From Negaprion brevirostris (lineage: Eukaryota), in the NCBI GenBank assembly GCA_030324005.1, contig JARDVH010000121.1, forward strand, positions 51,044,824-51,108,823: 64,000 nt of DNA, written 5' to 3'. The translations under genes were made by a program, and so were the position numbers. The notes under the pieces were generated by a model. It ran no database searches, was not told the origin of the DNA, and saw nothing but the letters and a program-made list of their open reading frames with translations. Shown here piece after piece: positions 52,374 through 64,000 of this stretch; the first letter of the stretch is position 1; each line of letters begins with the position of its first letter.

Positions 52374-52900
52374 TGGTTGTCACTGCTGCCTCACAGTGCC
52401 AGGGATCTGGGTGCTATTCCCAGCTTGGGTCACTGTCTGCGGAGTCTGCACGTTCTCCCCGTNNNNNNNNNNNNNNNNNNNNNNNNNNNNNNNNNNNNNN
52501 NNNNNNNNNNNNNNNNNNNNNNNNNNNNNNNNNNNNNNNNNNNNNNNNNNNNNNNNNNNNNNNNNNNNNNNNNNNNNNNNNNNNNNNNNNNNNNNNNNNN
52601 NNNNNNNNNNNNNNNNNNNNNNNNNNNNNNNNNNNNNNNNNNNNNNNNNNNNNNNNNNNNNNNNNNNNNNNNNNNNNNNNNNNNNNNNNNNNNNNNNNNN
52701 NNNNNNNNNNNNNNNNNNNNNNNNNNNNNNNNNNNNNNNNNNNNNNNNNNNNNNNNNNNCACATACAGTCACCCGAGCCCAAAATTGAACCCAGGTTCCT
52801 GGTGCTGTGAGGCAGCAGTGCTAACCACTGTGCCACAATGCTGCCCATTGCAATGTTAATGTAAGCCTATTTGTGACACTGATGAATAAACTTTAAACTT
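52374..52900. mobile_element. V-SINE type B (+) with a nested reverse V-SINE, partly in a gap
   Basis: Plus head 52374-52462; minus head 52760-52845; type B tail 52846-52900. Confidence 0.7.
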
Positions 52901-53825
52901 TGCATACATGCTTAATTGCTTAAGCCTGTGGGTGGAACTAGAGAATTAAGCACTGACACCAGACTGGGAATGTTCCCAAAAGGATCTAGCTTCTAGCAAA
53001 GATCTATGTTGAAAATCCTGAAAGTTCTGAGGTGTTTTAAAGTATGGTAAGTAAAGGGCGAAACTCTCCCAAGTGCTTACAGCCAAGTTCAATGGTGGAC
53101 AGGGGGGAATAGCATATGGTGGGAAGCCCAGAAACCAGTTACACACCAGCATGAATTGACAGCGGAATCTTCTGCTGGTGCCCCCCATGATAATGGACTA
53201 TATGCTGTCCAGGCCAGCCCCACCACAGCACATGGCATGAAACACCTGGGTGCATTATTAATGAGATCAGGGCTGGAAGATTTGGAATGTTTTCCTAACG
53301 CCCTCTGCAGTAGGAAGCACTCCACATTCCCTCCCCTGTTAATCTGTATCGAACTTCGAGTCCATGAATGTCTGTGCACGCAGACAAAAGTATTTTATTT
53401 TACTTAGACTTATTTGATTGCAGTAAGAACTCCTTTACTTGTTAAAACTCAAGGAAATCAGTCTGATTGTTTCTTTAATGATAACAGTTAAACTGAATTG
53501 GACAATTTGAGGAGGCAGAAAAGAGGGGAGCCATAACCGTACTTCATTTATTGTCATTATCAGGAGCTTCCTCGTTCATCAGCAACATCGTGAATGAAGA
53601 ATTAGGGGGTGACTTAGTCTGGGCTTTTCCTGTTTCACCATTGTAATTTTGGGGAGAGCCGGTTTACATGCATAAATTGGATTTGCACCAAATTTCAAAT
53701 GAAATTATGGTGGCAGAGTAGAAAACTCAAGGAAAGTACATTTGGAAGATAGAGATTACATAGGAAAAATATGGAGCAAGAGAATGCAGTGTGCAATCGG
53801 CAAGGATGGACTGCTCTTTCTGAGT

Positions 53826-55104
53826 TACTAACCATGTTACTCAGCTAACATTTTAATCATTACCAATTAAACAATCAGGGTTTCTGTGATCTTAACGGGA
53901 AACTTACTTAAGAGTGATCATGCACCCTTTGCCCCATTTCTCCCACAACTCTCTGTTTAAATTTCTTAAATTAGCTTCTACTTCTGCAGCAGGACTGAAA
54001 TGGTCCTACTCAGAGCCACAAAAACAGAATCTACCATTGTGACTGTGATACATTATCTCCCCTTGATTTCTCAATCGTCTATGACGTAGAATACTTTTTT
54101 ATTCTTTGCTGTGCCTAGTTCCGGTTCCAATTCAGCCTTAGCCACTTGATATGTGTTCCTGTGAATTACTCGAAACCTTAGGCAGGTTCTTAGTGAATAA
54201 TTGAATTAAACGCTTGCATAAATATTTATGATTAGTTCCTTAGATCCAAAGTAAATGGATCAATCTGCACTAAAATTGGGGCGGCATGTCCAGCTCCCAG
54301 TTAATTTAAAATGCAATTGTTTAAAGGGCAAATAACGAGTAGAAGTGCAGCAAAACTAATTATCAGAAGAAAGTGAAAATATGGGATACAAATGAATGCA
54401 TTCTATGACCATTCAATAAAACTGATTGAATCCATTCAACAGTTTGTAGCCTGAAGAAGATTTATAACAACCTGCAATCGAATCTTTATCTTGCATTGAA
54501 ATGAAAGGACATTTTACTTGCAGCCAGACTATTTTTGTATGGCTTATGCTATCTTGCATTACCATTATCAACTTTGCATTCATGCCAAGGCTTATGCAGC
54601 TTTGGCCTCTGAAGCTCTAATGAGGGGAACTGTAAGGGCAGAACATGCTCTAAGAAGTGTTTTCTCTTGACTTGGAGCTAGTGACTCAAAACATTAACAT
54701 CAACTGAAAGCTAGGCTTAATGGAGGAAACAAGTGAAATGGAAACACCACACCGAGATGTCTCATAGCTAATGACTAGTATCGAGATCAAGATATGTAGT
54801 CATGCAATGTGAAACAAAAAAAATGTGAAAAATGAATCGCAAAGTGAATACTAACCGTGTTAGTCATCCAACATTTTAATCATTGTCAATTAAATAATCA
54901 GGGTCTTTGTGATCTTACAGGAACCTCAGGAGTGACCGTTCACCCTTTTCCCATCTCTCTTGCAACTTCCTGTTTAAATCTCTTAAATTAGGCTTCTACT
55001 TCTACAGCAGGAGTGCAACTGCCCTAATCAACACTACAAAGAACATAATCTGCCACTGCGATTGTGGTACATTATCTCTGCCTGATTTCTCAAGAGTCTA
55101 TGAC
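53826..55104 (+). repeat. Diverged local direct duplication (about 260 bp units)
   Basis: 53826-54085 is collinear with 54849-55104. Confidence 0.85.
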
Positions 55105-55551
55105 ATGCTCATCAATATTCTCCTCCACTCTTCATTATGGTTTGTTTACTCTTGCACGATTCCATTCTTCCCTATCTGATCATAATCAGAGCATCTTTAA
55201 CAGTACATTTTCTTCTCACGCTACACTCTTACTTCTTAAGTTCCTCAAGGATCTTTCCTTGGTCCATTCCATTCCCCTTCATTGATTCAGGACAAGCTAC
55301 ATTGTTTACACACTTAGCCTCCTGATAAACCCCAAACTGCATTTCCCTGTGCTTTAGAATTCCCTCTTTAAAATTCTTTGCCTCTTCACTCCCTTTTCTC
55401 TCTAAAGATGCTCCTTAAACCTCATCTTTTGGTCCCCTTCTAATATCTCTTCCTTTTGGATGGGAAACCACTTTTGGCTTATGATTCAGTGAAGAATTTT
55501 GCAATGTTGGATAGAGAATCGAACCTGAGCCAAGTTTTGATGTTTTTTTAA

Positions 55552-55770
55552 ATTTGATTTATTTTTGTCACATGTATTAACATTCAGTGAAAAGTATTGT
55601 TTCTTGCGCACTGTGCAGACAGAGCATACCATTCATAGAAAAGGAAACAAGAGAGTGCAGAATGTAATGTTACCTTCATAGCTAGTGTGTAAGATCAACT
55701 TAATGCAAGATAAGTCCATTCAAAAGTCTGACAGCAGCAGGGAAGAAGCTGTTCTTGAGTCGGTTGGTAC
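55552..55770 (-). mobile_element. Rex1/Babar-type LINE 3' end
   Basis: TNRLKNSFFPAAVRLLN plus tail. Confidence 0.85.
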
Positions 55771-55870
55771 NNNNNNNNNNNNNNNNNNNNNNNNNNNNNN
55801 NNNNNNNNNNNNNNNNNNNNNNNNNNNNNNNNNNNNNNNNNNNNNNNNNNNNNNNNNNNNNNNNNNNNNN

Positions 55871-56375
55871 CATTGGTGAGACTGTACCTAGAGAACCGTG
55901 TACAGTTTTGGTCTCCTTACTTAAGGAGGGATATACTTGCATTGGAGGCAGTTCTGAGAAGTTTCACTAGGTTGATTCCTGGGATGAAAGGATTATCTTA
56001 TGAGGAAACAGGTTGGGCCTGTCCTCAATGGAGTTCAAAAGAATGAGAGGTGATCTTATGAAACACACAAGGTTCTGAGGGTGCTTGAGAGGATAGATGC
56101 TGGGAGGATGTTTCTCGTAATGGGGAAATTGAGGGTACAATAGTTTATAAATAAGGAGTTTCCCGTTTAAAATGGAAATGAAAGTCATTAATCACTAGAA
56201 TTCTGTAGCCCAGACAGCGGTGGAGGCTGAGTCATTGAATTCAAAGCTGAGTTAAGACAGATTTTTGAGCTACGGGGTTAGATGGGTTGGGCACGCAAGA
56301 AAAGGTCACAATCAAATTAGCTTTGACAGCAGCGTGAGCTTGAGAGACCGAATGGCCTATTCCTCCTGTTTCTTC
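55871..56375 (+). mobile_element. CR1 LINE 3' end
   Basis: tacagttttggtctccttacttaagg...gaccgaatggcctattcct. Confidence 0.8.
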
Positions 56376-56739
56376 TGTTTTTACATTAATTCACAGGGCT
56401 TAGCAAACTACTTAATTACATTAATAACTGTGGAAAATGTACTCAAAGGTTAGTATGCATTTTATCTTTCAAATTAACTCCCAACCAAGATGAGCCTACC
56501 TGTAATCCAGTCACAAAGATGATGCAGGAAAGCGAAATAAAACCTCAAGTAGCCCTGACATAACTTTCTCACTTGTAAGTCTACATGTGTGACCTTTCTC
56601 ACTTGTAAGTGAGAAAGTCTGAACGAAATTGTCTCAATAAACTGAGGAGGTCTTATTGTGTAATGGCTGTTTGCAGGAAGTCTCTGCTAGTCAGCATCAG
56701 GTCTGATTTGGTTTTTAATCCCAGTTTTTTATCATCCAG

Positions 56740-56855
56740 GGGTATGCTGCCGAGATGGAAAATCCTTCGATGATTCCATTCATCCCAGTGGTTCTGCAGA
56801 AGAAGAAAGATGTGCTATTTGGAAACATGCCTGAAATCTATGACTTCCATAACAG
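56740..56855 (+). CDS. MCF2L: Internal coding exon of a Dbl-family Rho GEF, DH domain (MCF2L/DBS-like; MCF2L2 or MCF2 not excluded)
   Basis: Acceptor ttttttatcatccag| and donor AG|gtaga; 116 nt, phase 0 in, phase 2 out. Translates to GYAAEMENPSMIPFIPVVLQKKKDVLFGNMPEIYDFHNR, matching the recalled MCF2L DH motif GYAAEMDNP...KKDVLFGNMEEIYHFHNR. Family is confident; paralog is not. Confidence 0.88.
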
Positions 56856-57361
56856 GTAGAATCATTACATAACCAAGTGTCAATCGTGAAACATCGTTCT
56901 CTAGGGTTTGTTGGGTCAGTTGGAGGTTATCAGTATCACATTAACACAATGTCACTGGGCATCCATATCCCTGTGGGTATATCTCCAATGCCAATCTACA
57001 TGTGTGACCAGAATACTTGGTGCCCATATGATCCTCTGCTCCCCTCACACAACCCTCACCCACCTTGTAATGTCCTATGTTAGGGGTTGTGACTTTTAAC
57101 AAAAAAGAAAAAAACATGGTTTTGCACAGGTGGACTCAAAGTAACAACAACAGATTTATTCTAGGAGCTGTTGCCTGTACAAAGTACAAACCAATTAAAA
57201 CAGCCACCTACAGCAACACCCTAATGACATTACCATGAAATCATGTGATCACCTCTTAATGGAAACTGTAAGCCTTTTAAACAACTCTTCCCCCTTCTGT
57301 GGTTATTACAATAATTTTCTACAATGTTTTATGTGGGATCAATAATAGTCTAGACACAGGG

Positions 57362-57722
57362 TTTGATTTGACTTATTATTGTCACATGTAACATACAGTG
57401 AAAAGTATTGTTTATTGCACACTATACAAAGCATACTGTTCATAATGAAAGAAATGACAGAGTGCAGAATGTTACAGTCATAGCTAGGGTATAGACAAAG
57501 GTTAACTTAATGCAAGATAAGTCCATTCAAAAGTCTGACAGCAGCAGGGAAGAAGCTGTTCTTGAGTCGGTTGGTATGTGACCTCAGACTTCGATATCTT
57601 TTTCCTGACGGAAGACGGTGGAAGAGGGAATGTCCAGGGTGCATGGAGTCCCTAACTTTGCTGGTTGCTTTGCCGAGGCAGCGGGAAGTGTAGACAGAGT
57701 CAATGGATGGGAGGCTGGTTTT
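57362..57722 (-). mobile_element. Rex1/Babar-type LINE 3' end
   Basis: ORF 57507-57782 LPSIDSVYTSRC...HPGHSLFHRLPSGKRYRSLRSHTNRLKNSFFPAAVRLLN is typical of the Rex1/Babar C-terminus. Confidence 0.88.
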
Positions 57723-57917
57723 CAGACTGGACTCCTCAAAACTCCCTGCCAGTGATATCAGGTTGTCTGGCAAGACTTCCAATGCACTAAGCTTGCCTAC
57801 TCATCAGTGTTCTCCTGTTGGCCAGCACATCAAAGTCCTTACCTGACTCCCCTGTAAAAGAAACTGACTGTGACCTTATTCTATAGGTAGCTGGCAAGCA
57901 AATGACCTTTCCCAACT

Positions 57918-58400
57918 AAGATGCTGGAAATCTGAAATAAAAATAGAAAACGCTAGGAAAACTTAACATTTGTGAAGGAAGAAACCGAGTCAGTGTTTTG
58001 AGTTTGTGGCACCCTTTGTCAGAGCTAAAGAGAGGTAGGAATGTGGTGGATTTTATACTGTTGAAGAGGATGAAGTGAAATAGAAGATCAGAGATATAGG
58101 TGGGAGCTTGGGAAAGATTTAAGAAAGATATTATGGACAAACGACAAAGGGAGCATTAATGTTAGCATTAAAGACTAAAGAAGGTGCTAATGACAGCATA
58201 AAGGCCAGTTAGCAGAAGAAGGTTCAGCGCTCTCTGAAAGCCAAAGCATAAGAACAAATACAGAGTGGCCCTGTGGGGAGAGGGGTTTGGGGATTTTTTT
58301 TCTGAATGATCAAAATACAGGACAGAGTTCATTGTTTGAAATTGTGGAACTCAATATGAAGTCCAGAAGACTGTAAAGGGCCTAATTGGAAGATGCCTCA
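57918..58400 (-). mobile_element. Penelope-like element end
   Basis: gatgctggaaatctgaaataaaa motif and a decayed hammerhead core at 57987-58026. Confidence 0.6.
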
Positions 58401-59600
58401 CCATGTGGTGATCCCAACCCTATACTCCCTTATGTATGCACTAATGCCTGGATCTGAGGTGATGACAGTGAGGGTGCTTCTTCACTAGAGGTGTGGTGAA
58501 ACCATCGTCCTTCCTTATGGGGCTGGTGATGGCTGACTAGGTACTAGTTCTTAGATACCTGAAGTGTCAAATCAGAAGACAAAACGTGGGGTAACGAAAG
58601 TGAGTTGGGTGTGAGGTAAGTGTTCCATAACCACACCGTCTACAACTTACACTTCATGCGAGATAGCAGGGTGAGAGTGAGGTGGGATTTGAGAAAGAGC
58701 CATAAGGAAGGTAAATATCATCACCTCCCATGTTCTCAATGATGCAGTATCTTCTGTTGCAGCCAGCCAACAGATTCTGGACACAGTTTTCTCCAGCAAG
58801 TTTGGATGAAACAGTTTGTCTGTTCCCTGCCAGAGGTTACAGACCACCTTACCTTGGAGGGAAGAGCGACATTGAGTATGTTACAGTGGTGTTAGCTGAT
58901 GTGCTTGCATTGCTGAATAACTAAAGGTATGTGGAAGCTGTGAGAGGTGGGTGAGAATCTGGAATCGGTGGGAAATATGTGAAAGTATGTGGAGCAACTG
59001 GATGTTCAGCCTATGGATGCGTGAATGAGGTGAGGTATATTGAACAACGTGGAAGGCTGGTGGTACAATCGTTGGCAGATAACATCTGAAAACATTGACC
59101 ACCTGCATCAGTTCATTGAGTTTTTGCAGTACAAATATCCAGGTTGTCAGACCAGATTTTGGGAATTCACCATGCTGGCCACTTTCTTCCATTCCCTTCT
59201 CTGGCCATTCCTTGAGGGCTTTCTGACCCCTCGCGGAAACATGGCTTCTCTCCTTCTTGACAAAAGCCTTCAGCACCACATGTGAGAGCCTAGGAACGCT
59301 CTCTCTCTCTTGCCTGTTGTTCCCTTTGGCTTCCTTCTCCTTATGCCCATTTGCACCAGAGACAGTCAGCAGTAGTTTCTGTGTAATGAGTGTAGTTCCT
59401 CTATAAGAAAGACAGGCTGCCTTTCAGAAGCACGGGTTAACTAACGCATGTGCTAGCCATGCATGCAGCCGTTATCCCTGTTAAGCATTCACCCAGCCAA
59501 CAGTATGAATGCACACTGCCTGCCTGAACAGGATTGAGAGTGGACTGATTGCAAATCACGAAGCTCACGCCCAAAAATGGGAGCAATCCAATTTTTAGTC
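58400..59600 (-). mobile_element. PIF/Harbinger transposon relic with Myb/SANT-like ORF remnant
   Basis: Frameshifted minus-strand peptide at 59095-59310 (see findings); TIR-like end near 59590. Confidence 0.6.
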
Positions 59601-60079
59601 TATTATCTATATGAGAGGTTTTATATCAAGTTGTTGTTGAATTTCCTTTGAGAAACAGTGTAAAAGGGGCCATTTAGTGTCTTCCAGTTTTCATTTGGAA
59701 GTACAGGCCAGAGTGATCTGTAATGGCAGCTAATCCAATATCATCTCTTTGACTCTAACGAACAAAGTCAAAACCATGCTCATTGTATCCTGAGTGAATT
59801 ATGTTTGCTTTGTACTTGGCTACACTGACATTGATGAAAACAAGTACGTTGCAACCTTCAACGGCTCTCCTCCAGGCTACTGTCTCTGGCCATTCTTTGG
59901 TCGTTATTTATAAGGAAGGCCACTTCTGTTGTCCATGATTTAATAGTTTCTCAGGTAGTTGAGATGGCTTCATTGTCAAACAGCGGGCATGGATTGACTT
60001 GCACTGTGACTCTCAAAATACAGTCAAATCCTGCTGTTGGTGACCTCTCTGCCACGAATTTGTTTACCTGCACAAATCT

Positions 60080-60392
60080 TAGAATTCCTACAGTGCAGAA
60101 TGAGGCCATTTGGCCCATCAAGCCTGCACCAACAACAATTCCCCCCAGGCCACATCCCCATAACCCATGTATTTACTCTGCTAATCCCCCTGAGGCTAAG
60201 GGTCAATTTAGCATGGCCAACCAACCTAACCTGCACATCTTTGGACTGTGGGAGGAAACCAGAGCACCTAGAGGAAACCCACGCAGAGACAGAGAGAACA
60301 TGCAAACCCCACAGACAGTTACCCGAGCCAGAATTGAACCTCGGTCACTGGCACTGTGAGGCAGCAGTGCTAACCACAGTGGCCCTGTGCCG
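60080..60392 (-). mobile_element. HE1-type V-SINE (type A)
   Basis: Full reverse copy. Confidence 0.92.
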
Positions 60393-61497
60393 CAAATATA
60401 CTTGTAGACATAATTGCAGTCTGCGGCCCCAAAACGTCACTCACCCATGAGTTAGAATGTTGAACTCTCACCTTCCCCACGTCATTCCCACTCCCATGTA
60501 GAAAGCGGGTACTGCGCATGTGCCAACTCTGCACGTGCGCATGTTTGCCATTTGCAATTTGCAAGAATTTGTGGGAACGGAACCCCTGTGAAAGGTGAGA
60601 ATCGGCTTTATTCTCCATTCTTATGACTGTGAATAACAGCAGCTGAAACATGCTATCATTTAGTGCCTTAAACATAGCAAAACATCACAAGATGCTCCAG
60701 AGGCATGAAGATATTTTGCCAAAGAAGAGAAGAGTTGTTGGTGTGATTAAAGCTTACACAGTAGGCCAAAGCACCCGGTCTACAGATGTGCGTCAGGACG
60801 TTATCGAAGTCCTAATGTACAGAGTTCCATGGGAACTTCCCAGGATGTTTTAAATTCCATTGGGAAATATCTCTGTTCCCTGGGACCCTCTGCCAATGTC
60901 CCTGAGTTAAGAGTCAGAGACTTCAGACAGCTCCACACCACCTACCTGGATAGTTACACCAGTGGTCGACATTTGGGTAACTAACACAGCTGACGACTGC
61001 CCACTGTCCCCCCCGACTTTCTGACCCAATCGACCTGACTACCCTCTGACCTGACTAGCCCACCCGACCTGGCTCAATTATGCCCTCGATCCAACCCAGT
61101 GACTATCACCTGACCAAGCTACACTCCGAACTGAACTGATGACCCCACGACCAACCACCTTCTCACCCATCTTACCTATCTTAGCCATTCACTCACTAAC
61201 CCATTCGCTCATCCATTCACACACGTTCAGAAGTTGGATATTACCATATCACAGGTTGGGTGCAGTGACTGACAAAGGCCAGATGCCAGAGTTAGAAGAT
61301 CAGCCCCTCCTTTGTAGGGCTGGAGGAGGATACAGAGATTGATAGGGCCAGACTATGATGGAATTTAAAGACAAGTGCAACAATCTAGGGCTTGAGGTGT
61401 TGGGAGACGAGGAGCCACTGTAGGTCAACACAGATGAGATAATAGCTGAATGGAAACTGTTGTGGGTTTGGATAGATAGCACCAGTGGTGTTTTTTT

Positions 61498-61795
61498 TGT
61501 TAATTAGTGTTACAAGTAGGCTTGCATTAACACTGCAGTCAAGTTATTGTGAAAACCCCCTAGTCACCACACTTTGGTACCTGCTCGGGTACATTCAGGG
61601 AAATATAGCATGGCCAATGCACTTAACCAGCATGTCTTCCGGACTGTGGGAGGAAATCAGAGCACCCAGAGGAAACCCACGCAGACATGGGGAGAATGTG
61701 CAGACTCCACATCGACAGTCCCCCCAAGCTGAAAATCAAACCCGGGTTCTTGGCACTGTAAGGCAGCAGTGCTAACCACTGTGCCACCGTGCACC
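61498..61795 (-). mobile_element. V-SINE, type B tail
   Basis: Full reverse copy. Confidence 0.9.
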
Positions 61796-62188
61796 ATGCA
61801 CAGCTAACAGCCATTCAACATCTGGAGGTCTGGGTAGTGAAAATTATTTTGGAGAATTTTTTTCTCTTAGCTGCTTGCTTCAAGGCAAAGGAAATGTTTG
61901 ATTTCCTTTATGAAATGTATTTTTGAAATATTAGGTCAACCTTTGCTTCCAGTGTTTTGGGTGCCTGTGGGCTTTTGCTGTGCACCTCTGCTTTGCAGTT
62001 TTTTTGGAGACAAATTGTTTTAATGAGTACTCAGATAAAGCCATGCATCATTGACACAGAATCAGGCATGTTAAATATATTCATTACAAGAAGGATGTGT
62101 TTGATTAATTGTAAATTGAGTTGCAGCATCTTGCAGTTGAATATAGTGGAAAATACAAATTGTCTCAGGGAAATCTTTCCGCCATACT

Positions 62189-62486
62189 GGGTGGCACGGT
62201 GGCACGATGGTTGGCATCGCTGCCTCATAGCGCCAGGGACCTGGGTTTGATTCCAGGCTTGGGTCACTGCCTGCATGGAGTGTGCATGTTCTCTCCATGT
62301 CTGCATGGGTTTCCTCTGTTTCCTCCCACAGTCAGAAAGATGTGGTGGTTAGGTGCATTGGCCATGCTAAATTCTCCCTCAGTGTACCAAACAGGCGCCT
62401 GAGTATGATGACTACGGGGTTTTCACAGTAACTTCATTGCAGTGTTAATCCAAGCCTACTTGTGACACTAACAAATAAACTTTAAA
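62189..62486 (+). mobile_element. V-SINE, type B tail
   Basis: Full copy. Confidence 0.9.
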
Positions 62487-64000
62487 ACCTAATGGATGGG
62501 TTAAGTGAGACCAGAAATTCCCACTCGAGGTCAACAGAGATTTTCGTTGTTAGATCTTCACCTCCTCCGATTCTGTGGCAAGCGAAGCAGTAGAGTAAAA
62601 CATCCGCCGGAAGTGTCCCAAAGAGGTTCATAATGGAAAGGACGTTGTTTTAGCCCTTGATTGTGTGGGGGGCAAAAAAACAACAGCTTGTCTGTGAAAT
62701 GGGGGAATTGATGTTTTTAGGCTTGTAAAAGTTTGAGGCCTTTCAAATGCCTTAAGGTACACACCAACACAGTCCACTTATCACCCTAAAGGCACAAAAT
62801 ACAGCTTCCCTTTGAATTCCAGGAACTTTCTCAAACATAGCCCTGAAAGTGACAATGGGCAGAGGTAATAAATACATCAACATGGTCTCCTCTCTTGAAA
62901 TTTAAAAATAGAACTGGATCAGGATGGTATTCTGAAAATACCAGGATATTTCCCAGATTTCTAACCCCTGTAGGTGGAAATCATGGGGCACTGCATTCCC
63001 CTACCCATCCAGCATTGAGCCAACTGTCCCACAGCCACTTCACACACAAAGTAATGTTAATNNNNNNNNNNNNNNNNNNNNNNNNNNNNNNNNNNNNNNN
63101 NNNNNNNNNNNNNNNNNNNNNNNNNNNNNNNNNNNNNNNNNNNNNNNNNNNNNNNNNNNNNTGCCTTTTTAAATTCTGTGAAATCAAATCAGTTAAAGTA
63201 ATATCAAATTAAAATGGCAACATAAGAAGAAGAAAGATTCCAGTTTTAGTACCTGTGGTACAATTTAATACAAACAGTTACATGTGCATCATTATATATG
63301 GCTTCACGTAGCACATAATGAAGATAGAAAGCAAATTGGAAGGAAGCAGGGTTTCATCTCTGCAGGTTCCCAGCTAAGAGAAAAGTGAGATGAATGAGGC
63401 CTTAAAATCCCTTTGATTTTGAAGGTGACCTATTATGTTGGTGAAATTCTACAAGCTGCAATATACAGCGTGCTGAAATATACTGGAGAATCTTTAACTG
63501 TCAGCAGCAATGAAAATACTTGGCTAAACTTTACTATCAAAATAGACTGCTGGCACCCAGCATTATATATGCGCTAATGATATAACAACTTGAAGCCAGG
63601 CATAGGCACCAGTATCATTGCTGTCAGAGTTACCCATTCCACTCTTTGCCTCACCGTTAACAGCCATTGAATGTCACAAATTTGCTGTATTTGGCTGAAG
63701 ATGCAAATCAAGCTTGCCACACAAAGTTACGTCTTGCCATTAGATGCTAAAGAACACATTTAATGACAAGAATTTTGCAGCCCTGAGTGAGTGAGCTGGC
63801 AGTCACGGGGGCTGTGTAATCAGCCATGCCCATCATGGGCTGACATTGGGCCACCGGCCCAGTTTGAGGCCCTTGAGTTGGGGCATTATAGTGGAAAATA
63901 CAAACTTTGCTTTCCGCCACACTGGTTCAAAGAATGTCACAAAAGGTGAAGAGGCTCTTCCCATTCCTGCTGGTATTTTTACCAATAACAAAAGATGTCC

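Noticed and set aside
52927-53540. LTR-like segments (also about 13096-13414 and 57078-57310)
   Set aside because: Only TG/CA-like boundaries, with no TSD or second copy; too weak to call.
56397-56448. cag|...AG|gttagt exon-like stretch just upstream of the DH exon
   Set aside because: It translates to GLANYLITLITVENVLK with no DH similarity, and that frame's phase does not fit the phase-0 acceptor at 56740.
61000-61220. Repeated ccgac/ctgac motifs
   Set aside because: Irregular low-complexity sequence with no constant repeat-spacer period; not CRISPR-like.

Overview
Eukaryotic, repeat-dense vertebrate DNA with many N gaps. The repeats (HE1-type V-SINEs, a Deu-domain SINE, CR1/L2/Rex1-Babar/RTE LINE relics, Penelope-like ends, PIF/Harbinger-type MITEs) point to a shark or ray. 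The window reads as mostly intronic sequence of a + strand Dbl-family RhoGEF gene (MCF2L/MCF2L2/MCF2 group). Only one coding exon is recognisable: 56740-56855, in the DH domain, which is absent from the ORF track. None of the ORF-track ORFs looks like a real gene. I see no CRISPR array, true tRNA/rRNA gene or novel multi-gene system. Best leads: (1) a second V-SINE family whose tail matches the Rex1/Babar LINE 3' stem-loop, with an apparent compensatory base pair, instead of the CR1 tail; (2) decayed hammerhead-ribozyme motifs in Penelope-like ends; (3) a Myb/SANT relic of a Harbinger transposon; (4) exon- or promoter-like unique sequences, possibly from an antisense nested gene; (5) templated-insertion repair scars. 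Repeat boundaries were read by eye and are approximate. Family names are from recalled consensus motifs, not database searches.
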